A stretch of 57,933 bases of DNA from Gammaproteobacteria bacterium (GTDB taxonomy: Bacteria; Pseudomonadota; Gammaproteobacteria; Ga0077536). How positions within the stretch are numbered: the stretch's first letter is position 1; the number at the start of each line of letters is the position of its first letter. The notes under the pieces are model-generated. The model had not been told where the DNA came from, made no database searches, and worked only from the letters and a program-made list of their open reading frames with translations. The position numbers and the translations under genes were made by a program. Shown here piece after piece: positions 1 to 9,014 of this stretch. Where the stretch lies: assembly GCA_016874535.1 (NCBI GenBank), contig VGUA01000005.1:1-57933 (forward strand), in the 5' to 3' direction.

Positions 1-1
1 A

Positions 2-490
2 AGCATTCGCCGAGCGCTGCGCAGAGAAGACCCCGGGCTGGTGGCGGCATCCGATCATGGGGCCTGGTATCGGGAACTTTTTGCGCCCAGCGTCGCGGCT
101 GGTCTTGTCAGGCCCTCGGATTTGGCCGGGTACCGTAACGGCCCCGTGCACATCCGACGCTCCATGCACACCCCACCCAATCCCGCAGCTGTGCGTGATT
201 TGATGGTTGCATTATTTGACCTCCTTGCCGCGGAGAAGGAGCCTGCTGTGCGCGTGGTACTCGGGCACTTCATGTTCGTCTACATACACCCCTATTTTGA
301 CGGTAATGGGCGTATTGGCCGCTTTCTCATGAATTTGATGCTGGCATCCGGTGGCTATCCCTGGACGGTGATTCCTCTGGAAGGCCGGAATGAATACATG
401 GCCGCGCTGGAAGAGGGTAGCGTCGGCGGGAACATCAAACCCTTTGCCCAGTTCCTGGACGGCTTGGTGAGAAAGGCATTGGAACGGTGA
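2..490 (+). CDS. Fic/DOC family protein, 3' part (5' end outside window)
   Basis: Frame is open from base 2; contains the Fic catalytic loop HPYFDGNGRIGR (consensus HxFx[D/E]GNGRxxR). Confidence 0.9.
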   Translation, partial: SIRRALRREDPGLVAASDHGAWYRELFAPSVAAGLVRPSDLAGYRNGPVHIRRSMHTPPNPAAVRDLMVALFDLLAAEKEPAVRVVLGHFMFVYIHPYFDGNGRIGRFLMNLMLASGGYPWTVIPLEGRNEYMAALEEGSVGGNIKPFAQFLDGLVRKALER

Positions 491-561
491 ATGGCGTTTG
501 CCATTGCCACCGAACCGAAAGCCTCTAACATCGCCTCAACTCCACCCGAGGCATCCGTCGA

Positions 562-996
562 ATGAACCCCAATCCCCTGCTTGCACCGGCAGCCTTGCTG
601 GTGCTGTGGTCCTGTCTCGTGCTTCTGTGGCTGGTGCTGACCCGCTTCCCGGCGTTTGCCAAAGCCGGCATATCCTTGGACAACGCGCCGCGTGGCGCGC
701 GCTACGTGGACGTGGAAAAGAACCTGCCGCAGAAAGTGAACTGGGTGTCCCACAACTACACCCACCTCATGGAGCAGCCGACGATCTTCTACGCGGCCAT
801 CGCGGTGCTGGCCCTGGCGGGTGACACCAGCACGGTGAACACAGGCTTCGCCTGGGCCTACTGTGGGCTGCGTATCGTGCACAGCCTGTGGCAGGGTCTC
901 GTCAATACCATCAAGGTGCGCGTGGCGCTCTTTACACTGTCGACGGTGTGTTTGTGTGTGCTGGCTGTGAACGCTGTGCGATGCACACTGTTCTGA
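562..996 (+). CDS. MAPEG family membrane protein
   Basis: Four hydrophobic segments and the motif HNYTHLMEQPTIFYA...AWAYCGLRIVHS typical of bacterial MAPEG proteins. Confidence 0.85.
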   Translation: MNPNPLLAPAALLVLWSCLVLLWLVLTRFPAFAKAGISLDNAPRGARYVDVEKNLPQKVNWVSHNYTHLMEQPTIFYAAIAVLALAGDTSTVNTGFAWAYCGLRIVHSLWQGLVNTIKVRVALFTLSTVCLCVLAVNAVRCTLF

Positions 997-1008
997 GAGG
1001 AGCGCTGC

Positions 1009-1860
1009 TCAGTACACGACCAGGGTACGCGCCTCGATGCTTTCCCGTGGCGTGTATTCGGCTGGACACGCAGGATTGCGGAAACCCGTGTGCGCCATGA
1101 AGCGCGCCACACCATCCAGACGAGTATCAAAGCATTTAAGCAGCAAGACGTCGTGCGGCTGCATGTCCGGGAAATAAAACCAGCGGTGTCCCTCCGCATG
1201 GTGCATCGACTGAATCTCACCGCTGTGGCTGGGATGTTCGAGATCTGATTCCGCAAAATGATGGATTGGCGTGTCGACGATTTCCTCGCTGCTGAGGCTA
1301 CGCGCATCGCACACGGCGAGCGGGATATCCTGCACCGGGCCCAGTATCGGTCGCCACAGATTGACGAAGGCAAAAGGTCGCTTCAGGAGATCGTCGCGCC
1401 CCGCTTCGGTCAGAATCTCCCGGGCGCGCTTGGGGCCGGAAGCTTCGCTGTAATCGTTGTGGACGCCATCAACCGGCAGCCTCACCCCCGCTTGGCCACG
1501 TGCGGCGCGCACGACACTGCGCGTGTTGTGATCAAAGACCAAGACGGCGCGCGCGCCCAAGGTATGGCACAGCCACGCGGAGACTTCCGGGTAATAGCCA
1601 CTTCTTACCTGAGCTTCGTCGTAGAACTCCTGGAAAGGCGTGGCATGCCGATGGAAGGCAAAGCCCTCCACATCCAGGGAAAAAAGATGCGCGAGGGGAC
1701 GTGCATCGCGAATCGGCACCTCGCGGGCCTGGAGCAGGGGCCGCACGTCCGATCTGCCCGCACTGGCGGGATAAATGCGGTACTCGGCCGCCGGGGCGCT
1801 CGGATGCAGGTAGGCGAGCGGTGCGATCACGCTCGGCAAGGCCTCGAGGGTTTGACTCAT
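1009..1860 (-). CDS. CmcJ/NvfI-family (Asa/GA4-desaturase-like) Fe(II)/2OG-type oxidoreductase
   Basis: LDVEGF, VFDHNTR, VHNDYS (HxD), FVNLWRPI, DIPLAVCDARS, WFYFPDM, HTGF and RESIEARTLV motifs; start moved from the ORF-track 1899 to ATG 1860. Confidence 0.8.
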   Translation of the reverse strand: MSQTLEALPSVIAPLAYLHPSAPAAEYRIYPASAGRSDVRPLLQAREVPIRDARPLAHLFSLDVEGFAFHRHATPFQEFYDEAQVRSGYYPEVSAWLCHTLGARAVLVFDHNTRSVVRAARGQAGVRLPVDGVHNDYSEASGPKRAREILTEAGRDDLLKRPFAFVNLWRPILGPVQDIPLAVCDARSLSSEEIVDTPIHHFAESDLEHPSHSGEIQSMHHAEGHRWFYFPDMQPHDVLLLKCFDTRLDGVARFMAHTGFRNPACPAEYTPRESIEARTLVVY

Positions 1861-1877
1861 GAAATTACTCCCCACAC

Positions 1878-2765
1878 TCACAGATGCTTCAGAAACCAAT
1901 CACGTGCCACCGAGCTGCTGAGCGCGAAGCCGTCCTCGTAAGGGTGGTAGTGATCTCCCCGCACCAGCTCCAGCTGTTTGGGTGAAAGCGCGCTGTCAAA
2001 CGCAGCCAGTGCGACATCGGTGGGGGTGATGGTGTCCTGATTGGCCACTAGCATGAGCAGTGGTGTCGGGCTGATTCGCGGGATGAACGGCCGCGCGTCG
2101 AAGTCGAAGCGCAGATCGAGTGAGCGCAGGGTCACGCGGTTCTCCCACGGCACGCCGCGCTGACGCCAGCCATCAAAGTAACGCCAGGTCCGCCGGCCCG
2201 GGGCATCAAAAGGTTTGGCTGGATCATCACTGCAGATTTCAATGAGTGTGGGTTCCGCACCTGCCGCGATTGCCCTTCGTTCGGCCGCAAGCCGCTCGAA
2301 GTACGCGCCATGCTGGTCCAGCGGCACCAAGCGTTGGAAGCTCTCTAAGCCACTGATGAAAGGCACTTGGCTGACAACGCACTTCACGCGGCGATCGATT
2401 GCGGCCGTCATCAGGACCAGCCCCCCGCTGTAGCTGGTACCCCAGATTCCGATCCGCTGCGCATCGACTTCCACGCGTGATTCCGCGTAGGTGATTGCGT
2501 GACGGTAATCACGCATCTGGGCGATGGGATCGATCTCCTGCCGCGGGTTGCCCTCACTGGCCCCAAAGTTGCGCTGGTCGTAAACAAGGCACGCAAGGCC
2601 CGCATCAGAGAAAACCCGGGCATAGGCATCGAGGCCCATTTCCTTGAGGGCAGAGAAACCATGGGCCATGGCTACGGCCGGCACTTGCCCTCTGCGCCCG
2701 TCAGGCAAAATGAACCAGCCGCGCAAGCGTGTTCCGTCGGCATCGAATTCGATTTGTTCAATCAC
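1878..2765 (-). CDS. Alpha/beta hydrolase (S15/AidA-like)
   Basis: MAHGFS oxyanion motif, GTSYSGG nucleophile elbow, D(TITP) acid and GDHY histidine. Confidence 0.85.
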   Translation of the reverse strand: MIEQIEFDADGTRLRGWFILPDGRRGQVPAVAMAHGFSALKEMGLDAYARVFSDAGLACLVYDQRNFGASEGNPRQEIDPIAQMRDYRHAITYAESRVEVDAQRIGIWGTSYSGGLVLMTAAIDRRVKCVVSQVPFISGLESFQRLVPLDQHGAYFERLAAERRAIAAGAEPTLIEICSDDPAKPFDAPGRRTWRYFDGWRQRGVPWENRVTLRSLDLRFDFDARPFIPRISPTPLLMLVANQDTITPTDVALAAFDSALSPKQLELVRGDHYHPYEDGFALSSSVARDWFLKHL

Positions 2766-2966
2766 GAGTCCACGCTAGCACACACGCCGGACAGCGCCCA
2801 GAGCACACGCGCCGCAGCATCAGGTGCCGGAACGCAAGGGGTGGATGCCGCGAAGCATGAATCGCGCGAGAATAGGAGAGCGGTTCGCCGTTTCTGCCTT
2901 CACTGCAGGTATGAAGACCCCGCTGGCAGCGGGGAGACGCTTGACCAGGACTATCGGGAGGAGCAC

Positions 2967-3389
2967 ATGTCGGATTATTGGGCGGGCGGATGTCTTTGTG
3001 GCGCGGTCCGATACCGTTGCGAAGGCGATCCACTCAACATGGGTTTGTGCCAGTGCGAGCGGTGCCAAAGACAGTCAGGCTCCGCGTTCCTGATCGCAAC
3101 GGTGTTCCCTCGGGATGCTGTCCACTTCACTCGCGCCATGCCTCATAAATATGAGACAGGACCAGAGGGTGAGCGACTTTCGAGGCATTTCTGCGCGAAC
3201 TGCGGATCGGCTGTGATGATTACCTTGGACCGTTATCCGGAAATACGCTCCATGATGGGCGGGACTCTGGATGACAAAACACGACTCAAGCCCACTTTCA
3301 GCCTTTGGTGCTCGAGCGGTCAGCCCTGGTTAACGCTTCCAGAGAGCATCCGGTTGTTTCCGGACTATCCCGACGGACTCATCGCCTGA
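2967..3389 (+). CDS. GFA family (Mss4-like zinc-binding) protein
   Basis: GGCLCGAVRY, CQCERCQ and RHFCANCGS motifs; strong RBS (gggaggag) before ATG 2967, so the longer ORF-track start is rejected. Confidence 0.9.
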   Translation: MSDYWAGGCLCGAVRYRCEGDPLNMGLCQCERCQRQSGSAFLIATVFPRDAVHFTRAMPHKYETGPEGERLSRHFCANCGSAVMITLDRYPEIRSMMGGTLDDKTRLKPTFSLWCSSGQPWLTLPESIRLFPDYPDGLIA

Positions 3390-3474
3390 GTCCGTCAATA
3401 AGGGGGCTGACATTGCGAGGGCAGTTGCGCATGCCGGCCTTTGGAATTCCTTCCCGCAATTGTTGGGTATGACC

Positions 3475-3933
3475 ATGCGCTACTGGCTGATGAAGAGCGA
3501 ACCGGACTGTTTCAGCATTTCCGATCTCCGCAAGAGCCCCGGTCGGGCCAGCATGTGGGATGGCGTGCGCAACTATCAGGTGCGCAACATGCTGCGGGAC
3601 GACTTCAAGAAGGGTGATCTCGCCTTCTTCTATCACTCCAGCTGCCCCGAGCCCGGCATCGTCGGCGTGATGGAGGTGATGTGCCCCGGCTACCCGGACC
3701 CTACCGCCTTCATGCCGGGACATGAGCATCACGATCCCAAGAGCCTGCCGGACCAGCCGCGCTGGTACACGGTGGATGTGAAGTTCAAGCGCGAGTTCGA
3801 TCTGGTTTCCCTGGACGAAATCCGGCGCCACCCTCCGCTGGAAGAGATGCTGATCCTGCGCCGGGGCAACCGGCTGTCGATCACGCCGGTCACGCCCAGG
3901 GAGTGGGAGTACATCCTCGCGCTGCGCAGCTGA
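3475..3933 (+). CDS. EVE domain-containing protein
   Basis: YWLMKSEP, WDGVRNYQVRNML, FFYHSSC..PGIVG, DPKS..DQPRWYTVDV, RLSITPVT; start could be 3469 or 3475. Confidence 0.93.
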   Translation: MRYWLMKSEPDCFSISDLRKSPGRASMWDGVRNYQVRNMLRDDFKKGDLAFFYHSSCPEPGIVGVMEVMCPGYPDPTAFMPGHEHHDPKSLPDQPRWYTVDVKFKREFDLVSLDEIRRHPPLEEMLILRRGNRLSITPVTPREWEYILALRS

Positions 3934-4039
3934 GTTCGCGGGTGTTGGGATTCTGCCCGGCGACGGGCGCCACCCGGTGGCGCCGGAGTAACACGTGATC
4001 TAGGCTAGGCGCTCGTCAGAATCCTCCGGTGGTGCCTCC

Positions 4040-5215
4040 ATGCGTCTGATCTCCCGTTTGCTGATGTTGCTGGTGGTCTTGGTGCTGGCCGCCGAGGGCT
4101 ACGGCCGCTATGTGCTCAAGATGAAGCCGGGGTTGCCGGAAAACCGGGTGGCGGAGGCCGTGAGCAAGTTCGCGGAATTCGACCCTCAACTCGGCATGCG
4201 TTACCGGCTGAACATCGACCAGCTCATCGATTCGCCAGAGGCGGATTTCTCCATCCTCTACAAGACCAACGAGATTGGCCTGCGCGATCGTCCCATGGGC
4301 ACGCACCTGCGCAAGGAGCTCAAGTTCCTGGTGTTCGGGGATGAGTTCGCGGAGGGCTGGGGCATGGATATCGACCAGACCTTCGTGGTCCGTGCCCAAG
4401 CTGCAGTGAATGAGAAAACCGGCCTGCAGCCGCCGGTGCGGTTCGTGATCACTGGCAAATCGGGTTATGGCGCGGCCCAGAACTACCTTGCCGCCGGGCC
4501 GCTTATCGACAGCCTCGCACCCAAGGCCATCGTGATGATGTATTCCTCGCTGATGCCCCATCAGGACGCCTTGTTCCTGAAGGACGCCAACATGGAGGGG
4601 GAACTCGCCACCGGATTGAGGCCCGATGCCCCACAGACCGTGCGCCTGCCCCACGCAGAGGACTACCCTGCGGCGCCCCCAGCCTGGCTGGCGGGTTTTG
4701 CGCAGCAAAGCGTGGCGGCAACACTCCTCGGTCGCTGGTTGTCACTGCGTTTCACCCTGCCGGATCTGAAGCCCGGCGACCCGCTTACGGACCGTCTGGC
4801 TGGCATACGCGCTCCGGCAGAGACACTCGCCGCCGTGCACGCACCCTCCTTGCGGCATGTGAAGGCGTTCGCGGATCTCGCGGCCAGCAAAAGCATTCCC
4901 TTCCTGCTGATTCACGCACCCTTGCCAACTCAGGTGACCTCCAATGCCTGGGAGAAGGGTCGGCAGGTATTCCGCGCACCGGACGGTTTGATGCCTGCGG
5001 AAGATGAAGCGGTTGTAGGCGCTTTCTGCATGGAAGCGAAAATCCAGTGCCTCAGCCTGCACGGCCCGCTGCGCGATGCTGCGGCCAAGCTCGAGAGCAC
5101 TCGTCTCTATCATCCCTCCGAACTTGCTTTCACGGTGGATGGTGCGCGCGTGACGGCAGACTGGTTTGCGACCGAGATGCTGCGTTTGATGGATGCCCAA
5201 GGTTGGCGTGACTGA
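4040..5215 (+). CDS. Membrane-anchored SGNH/GDSL-hydrolase-fold protein, probably catalytically degenerate
   Basis: N-terminal TM helix, then TNEIGLRD and VFGDEFAEGWG (block I, GDS changed to GDE), and GKSGYG (block II); the DxxH of block V is not recognisable. Confidence 0.65.
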   Translation: MRLISRLLMLLVVLVLAAEGYGRYVLKMKPGLPENRVAEAVSKFAEFDPQLGMRYRLNIDQLIDSPEADFSILYKTNEIGLRDRPMGTHLRKELKFLVFGDEFAEGWGMDIDQTFVVRAQAAVNEKTGLQPPVRFVITGKSGYGAAQNYLAAGPLIDSLAPKAIVMMYSSLMPHQDALFLKDANMEGELATGLRPDAPQTVRLPHAEDYPAAPPAWLAGFAQQSVAATLLGRWLSLRFTLPDLKPGDPLTDRLAGIRAPAETLAAVHAPSLRHVKAFADLAASKSIPFLLIHAPLPTQVTSNAWEKGRQVFRAPDGLMPAEDEAVVGAFCMEAKIQCLSLHGPLRDAAAKLESTRLYHPSELAFTVDGARVTADWFATEMLRLMDAQGWRD

Positions 5216-5431
5216 GATACGAGACGGCGCGCGGGCGCGCGCTTGCAACTGTATGGAATCCTTGGCAAAGTCGGCCGGGTTCTGCGGTCAGGGTCGGTGG
5301 GCTGCGCGTTGGCGCAAGGTTTTCTGAATCGAAGCAAATCCCATCCTGTTCAAAGATCACGGTGAGCCCGCCGCGGGCGCGCTCGCGCCTGTCGTCACCG
5401 GCAACAAGAATGTGTTCATCAGGGGAGTTCA

Positions 5432-7846
5432 ATGAATTTCAAGATCGCGAAATGGGTCATGGCCCACCGCGCCGGCGTGGGGATGATTTTCGTCCTGATC
5501 ACGCTGCTGCTGTCGTCGGGTATTCCCAAGGTAGATATCCGCACCATCTTCAAGGACCTATTGCCGACGGATGATCCGTTCGTACAGGTCTACTTCGACC
5601 ATCCCAATTTCGGCAATCCCTTGCTCATCTCCGTGATGGTGAAGGTGAAGGAAGGCGATATCTACAACGCCGAGACGCTCTCGAAGGTCTGGAAGATGAC
5701 GCGCGACATCGATCTCGCGCCGCAAGTGAACCACGACACCCTGATTTCGATTACCACCGAAAAGCTCCGCTATGCGGAAGCCACGCCGGAAGGCGTCGAC
5801 ATGCAGGCGCTCATGGGGAACGAAGCACCGGCTACCGCCGAGGAGCTCGATGAATTCCGCAAGCGCGTGGCCATGTCGCCCAATGCGCGTACTTTCTATA
5901 TCTCGCCTGATGAGTCGGCGACCCTCATCAATATCGCGTTCCTCGATTCCGTGGATTACGGCGAAGCGTTCGAGTTCGTGCAGGATCTGGTCGAGAACGC
6001 CCGTGACGACAAGCACGAGGTCTATGTGGCTGGCCAGCCCACCCTTACGGGCTGGGTCTACAAGCTGCAGAAGCAGACCAACTACATCTTTGGAGCCACC
6101 ATCGGTGTGCTGATGGTGCTGCTGGTCCTCTACATGCGCAACGTGGCGGGTGTGACCACTCCCATCGTCTGTGCGCTGGTGGCGGCGCTCTGGGGCTTCG
6201 GTTTCATCGGCTGGATGGAAAAGCCCATCGAGCCGCTACTCATGATCGTGCCGCTGCTGCTGGTGGCGCGTTCATTCTCGCACTGCGTGCAGTTCACCGA
6301 GCGTTACTACGAAGTGCTGCACGTGCTGAAGGACAAGCGCCGCGCGGCCGAAGTCACCATGGGCATCATGATGGTGCCCTCCGTGCTCGGGGTGATGACG
6401 GACGTGTTCGGCATCGTTTTCATTGCCATCGCGCCCATCAAGACCATGGTGAATCACGCCATCTTCTGCGGCATGTGGGCCTTGTTCATCATCCCGACCG
6501 GCGTGTTCCTGGTGTCTATCCTGCTGTCCTACCTGCCCGCACCCAAGAACATTGACGACATCGTGGGCGGCAAGGACAAGGAAACCGGCATTCACCTGCT
6601 GGAAGAAAAGGCCTTGGCCGGAATCTCGCGGCTCACCGTGGGCAAGCCAGCCAACGTGGTACTGGTCATCACCATCCTGATGGGTGTGGGTGCCATCTAC
6701 CTGAATTCCAAGATCAAGATCGGCAACCCCGTGGAGGGCAGCAACCTGCTCTGGTACGACTCCGAGTTCAACACGGCGGTGCGGGCGATCAACGCCCACT
6801 TCCCCGGCATGAACACGCTGGAGATCGTGCTGGAAGCCAAGGAGCGCAGCCCGGAGCGCCGTATCGCGCGTACCCCGGAAGCGGTGGAGGTCTCCACCAC
6901 CATCCAGCGCATGATGGAAGCGGACATGTCTATGCCGCCGCGGGCAACGCTGTCCTTCGGCGATTACATGGGCGAGGTCTCGCGCCTGTTCTCCGGCGGC
7001 AATCCCAAGTGGCTGAACATGGATCCGACCGACGAAGCGGTGGCCACGGCCGGCATCGTGGCGACCTTCGGCACCAGTCCGCTCAACTTCGCCACCATCT
7101 CCGACTATGAGTTCCAGAACAGCACGGTGTCCGTGTGGTTCAAGGACAACAAGCAGGAGACGGTGGATGGCGCGCTCGCGAGTGCCCGTCGCGCGGTGGA
7201 AGCCGTGGGCGAGGATCACAAGGAGTTCCGGGTGCGGCTCGGCTCAGGCGTGATCGCACTCCAGCAGGCCATGAACAGTGTGGTCGAGCGCTATCACTGG
7301 TTCATCCTGGGGCTTGTGAACATCGCGGTGATGGTGATCTCCTGGTGGGCGTACAAGTCCTATTACGCCTCACTCATCCTGCTGATCCCGGTGAACCTGT
7401 CCAACTTCATGCTGGGCGCCACCATGTATGTGCTGGGCATCGGCTTCGACATCAATGCCACCATCGTGGCGGTGATGGGTGTGGGCGTGGGTATCGACTA
7501 TGGCATCTATTTGCTCAGTCGTATCTGCGAGGAGAACCTGGCTCGCAAGGGTGACTTGCCGGCGGCCATTCGCGCCGCACTCACCACCACCGGCAAGGCC
7601 ATCCTGTTCACCGCAAGCATCATGCTGATTGGCATCGTGCCGTGGTATTTCCTGTCGGATCTGAAGTTCATGGCCGACATGGGCATGCTGCTGGTGTCCA
7701 TCATGTTGATCAACATGGCGCTGTCGCTGGTGGTGCTGCCGCTGATCGTGTGGTTCCTGAAGCCGGGCTTCCTCAACCGCACGGATCTCGCGGTGGGCGA
7801 GAACGTCGATCTGTCCCAGTTCGCGGTGGGCACTTCCCACAACTGA
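5432..7846 (+). CDS. RND-superfamily MMPL-type transporter
   Basis: 804 aa with two repeats of 1 TM + large soluble domain + 5 TM; AGQP linker and GVGVGIDYGIYL motif. Confidence 0.88.
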   Translation: MNFKIAKWVMAHRAGVGMIFVLITLLLSSGIPKVDIRTIFKDLLPTDDPFVQVYFDHPNFGNPLLISVMVKVKEGDIYNAETLSKVWKMTRDIDLAPQVNHDTLISITTEKLRYAEATPEGVDMQALMGNEAPATAEELDEFRKRVAMSPNARTFYISPDESATLINIAFLDSVDYGEAFEFVQDLVENARDDKHEVYVAGQPTLTGWVYKLQKQTNYIFGATIGVLMVLLVLYMRNVAGVTTPIVCALVAALWGFGFIGWMEKPIEPLLMIVPLLLVARSFSHCVQFTERYYEVLHVLKDKRRAAEVTMGIMMVPSVLGVMTDVFGIVFIAIAPIKTMVNHAIFCGMWALFIIPTGVFLVSILLSYLPAPKNIDDIVGGKDKETGIHLLEEKALAGISRLTVGKPANVVLVITILMGVGAIYLNSKIKIGNPVEGSNLLWYDSEFNTAVRAINAHFPGMNTLEIVLEAKERSPERRIARTPEAVEVSTTIQRMMEADMSMPPRATLSFGDYMGEVSRLFSGGNPKWLNMDPTDEAVATAGIVATFGTSPLNFATISDYEFQNSTVSVWFKDNKQETVDGALASARRAVEAVGEDHKEFRVRLGSGVIALQQAMNSVVERYHWFILGLVNIAVMVISWWAYKSYYASLILLIPVNLSNFMLGATMYVLGIGFDINATIVAVMGVGVGIDYGIYLLSRICEENLARKGDLPAAIRAALTTTGKAILFTASIMLIGIVPWYFLSDLKFMADMGMLLVSIMLINMALSLVVLPLIVWFLKPGFLNRTDLAVGENVDLSQFAVGTSHN

Positions 7847-7856
7847 GCGACTTCAC

Positions 7857-7885
7857 CCCGCTGCTCCCGGAAAGGGGGCGGCGGG
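7857..7885. terminator. GC-rich hairpin between convergent genes (possible bidirectional terminator)
   Basis: CCCGCTGCTCCC-GGAAA-GGGGGCGGCGGG: 12-bp stem with two G-U pairs; no clear U-tract. Confidence 0.45.
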
Positions 7886-7892
7886 TACCCTC

Positions 7893-8216
7893 TCAGGGCT
7901 CGTCCTTCCAGCGATATCGCGCGAGATCGAGCACGCCCCCCAGGCCAAAGGCCACTCCTTCAGCCTCCAGCAACCAGCGCTGGTAGTCCGGCCGCTCGGG
8001 ATCCGCACGCAAGCTCACCTGACCTTTCGCATTCACGACGCGATGCCATGGCACTTGCGTGTCCTCACTGAGCGCCGACAGCGCATAACCCACCTGCCGC
8101 GCGGCACTGCGCCCGGGCAAACCCGCCAGTGCGGCGATCTGCCCATAGGTCGCGACCTTGCCTTCGGGAATGCGGGCGACCACCTGCCATACACGCTGGT
8201 TGCGCTCCGACGCCAT
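7893..8216 (-). CDS. Alkyltransferase-like protein (ATL/YbaZ, MGMT family)
   Basis: IPEGKVATYGQIA, ARQVG and PWHRVVN (Trp in place of the catalytic Cys of MGMT). Confidence 0.9.
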   Translation of the reverse strand: MASERNQRVWQVVARIPEGKVATYGQIAALAGLPGRSAARQVGYALSALSEDTQVPWHRVVNAKGQVSLRADPERPDYQRWLLEAEGVAFGLGGVLDLARYRWKDEP

Positions 8217-8225
8217 CGCTCCGCC

Positions 8226-9014
8226 TCAACCGTGGCGTTGAAGGAAGGAGAGAAGGCCTGGGTTGAACTCGCCTGCCGCTTCCAGATTCAGCAGGTGCTG
8301 GCTCTCGGGAATGATCAGAAGTTCGGAGCCCTCGATGGCGGTGTGCAGTTGGCGCGCGTGCTCCACCGTGGTTCCCGGGTCGAGCTCCCCGCCGATGATG
8401 AGCGTGGGTGTGGTGATGGCACGAATGCTTTCGCGTTGATCCATGTCGCGGATCGCCGCACCGCAGGCGGCATAGCCGGCGGGCGGAGTGTGCAGGATAC
8501 CTTCACGGATGGGCCTTAATTCGGCCTCCATGCGCGCGAGTCCCGCCGGCGTGAACCAACGCTGCAGGGTGGCCTCCACCACCGAGCCCATGCCGTGGGT
8601 CAGCACCTGCTGGATGCGGGAGTCCCACAGATCGGGCGGCCCCATCCACGCGGCCGTGGCACACAGGGTGAGTGAATGCAGGCGATTGCCATGCAGAGTG
8701 GCAAAGCGCTGGCCGGTCATGCCACCCAGGGACAATCCGCAGAAATGCACTTTTTCCACACCGAGGGCATCAATGAGGCTCAGCGCATCGGTCGCGAGCT
8801 GGTCGATGGTGTACGGACCCGGTGGCACGCTGGAGGCCCCGTGGCCCCGTGTGTCATAGCGCAGCACGCGATATCCCACCGCCAGCAAAGCCGGCACCTG
8901 CGGCGCCCACATCGCGAGCGTGGAGGCGAGCGAATTGCTGAGCAGGACCACGGGGCCGGTGTCGCCTTCCAGACGGTAATTCAGGCTTGCGCCGTTGACG
9001 TGGAGAATACTCAT
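8226..9014 (-). CDS. pcaD: 3-oxoadipate enol-lactonase-like alpha/beta hydrolase
   Basis: LSNSLASTLAMWAPQ, YDTRGHGAS, GLSLGG, RWFT, GYAACGAAI and H-LNLE motifs of the PcaD family; substrate not proven. Confidence 0.8.
   Translation of the reverse strand: MSILHVNGASLNYRLEGDTGPVVLLSNSLASTLAMWAPQVPALLAVGYRVLRYDTRGHGASSVPPGPYTIDQLATDALSLIDALGVEKVHFCGLSLGGMTGQRFATLHGNRLHSLTLCATAAWMGPPDLWDSRIQQVLTHGMGSVVEATLQRWFTPAGLARMEAELRPIREGILHTPPAGYAACGAAIRDMDQRESIRAITTPTLIIGGELDPGTTVEHARQLHTAIEGSELLIIPESQHLLNLEAAGEFNPGLLSFLQRHG

Noticed and set aside
490-510. sigma54 promoter-like TGGC...TTGC before the MAPEG gene
   Set aside because: GG to GC spacing is 11 rather than the required 10 bp; better explained as a small AATGGC/GCCATT hairpin.
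2499-2966. N-terminal extension of the GFA ORF
   Set aside because: It overlaps the hydrolase antisense; the GFA domain and RBS start at 2967.
3390-3468. 6S RNA (ssrS) upstream of EVE
   Set aside because: The interval is about 80 bp, too short, with only a weak ATTGCG/CGCAAT inverted repeat.
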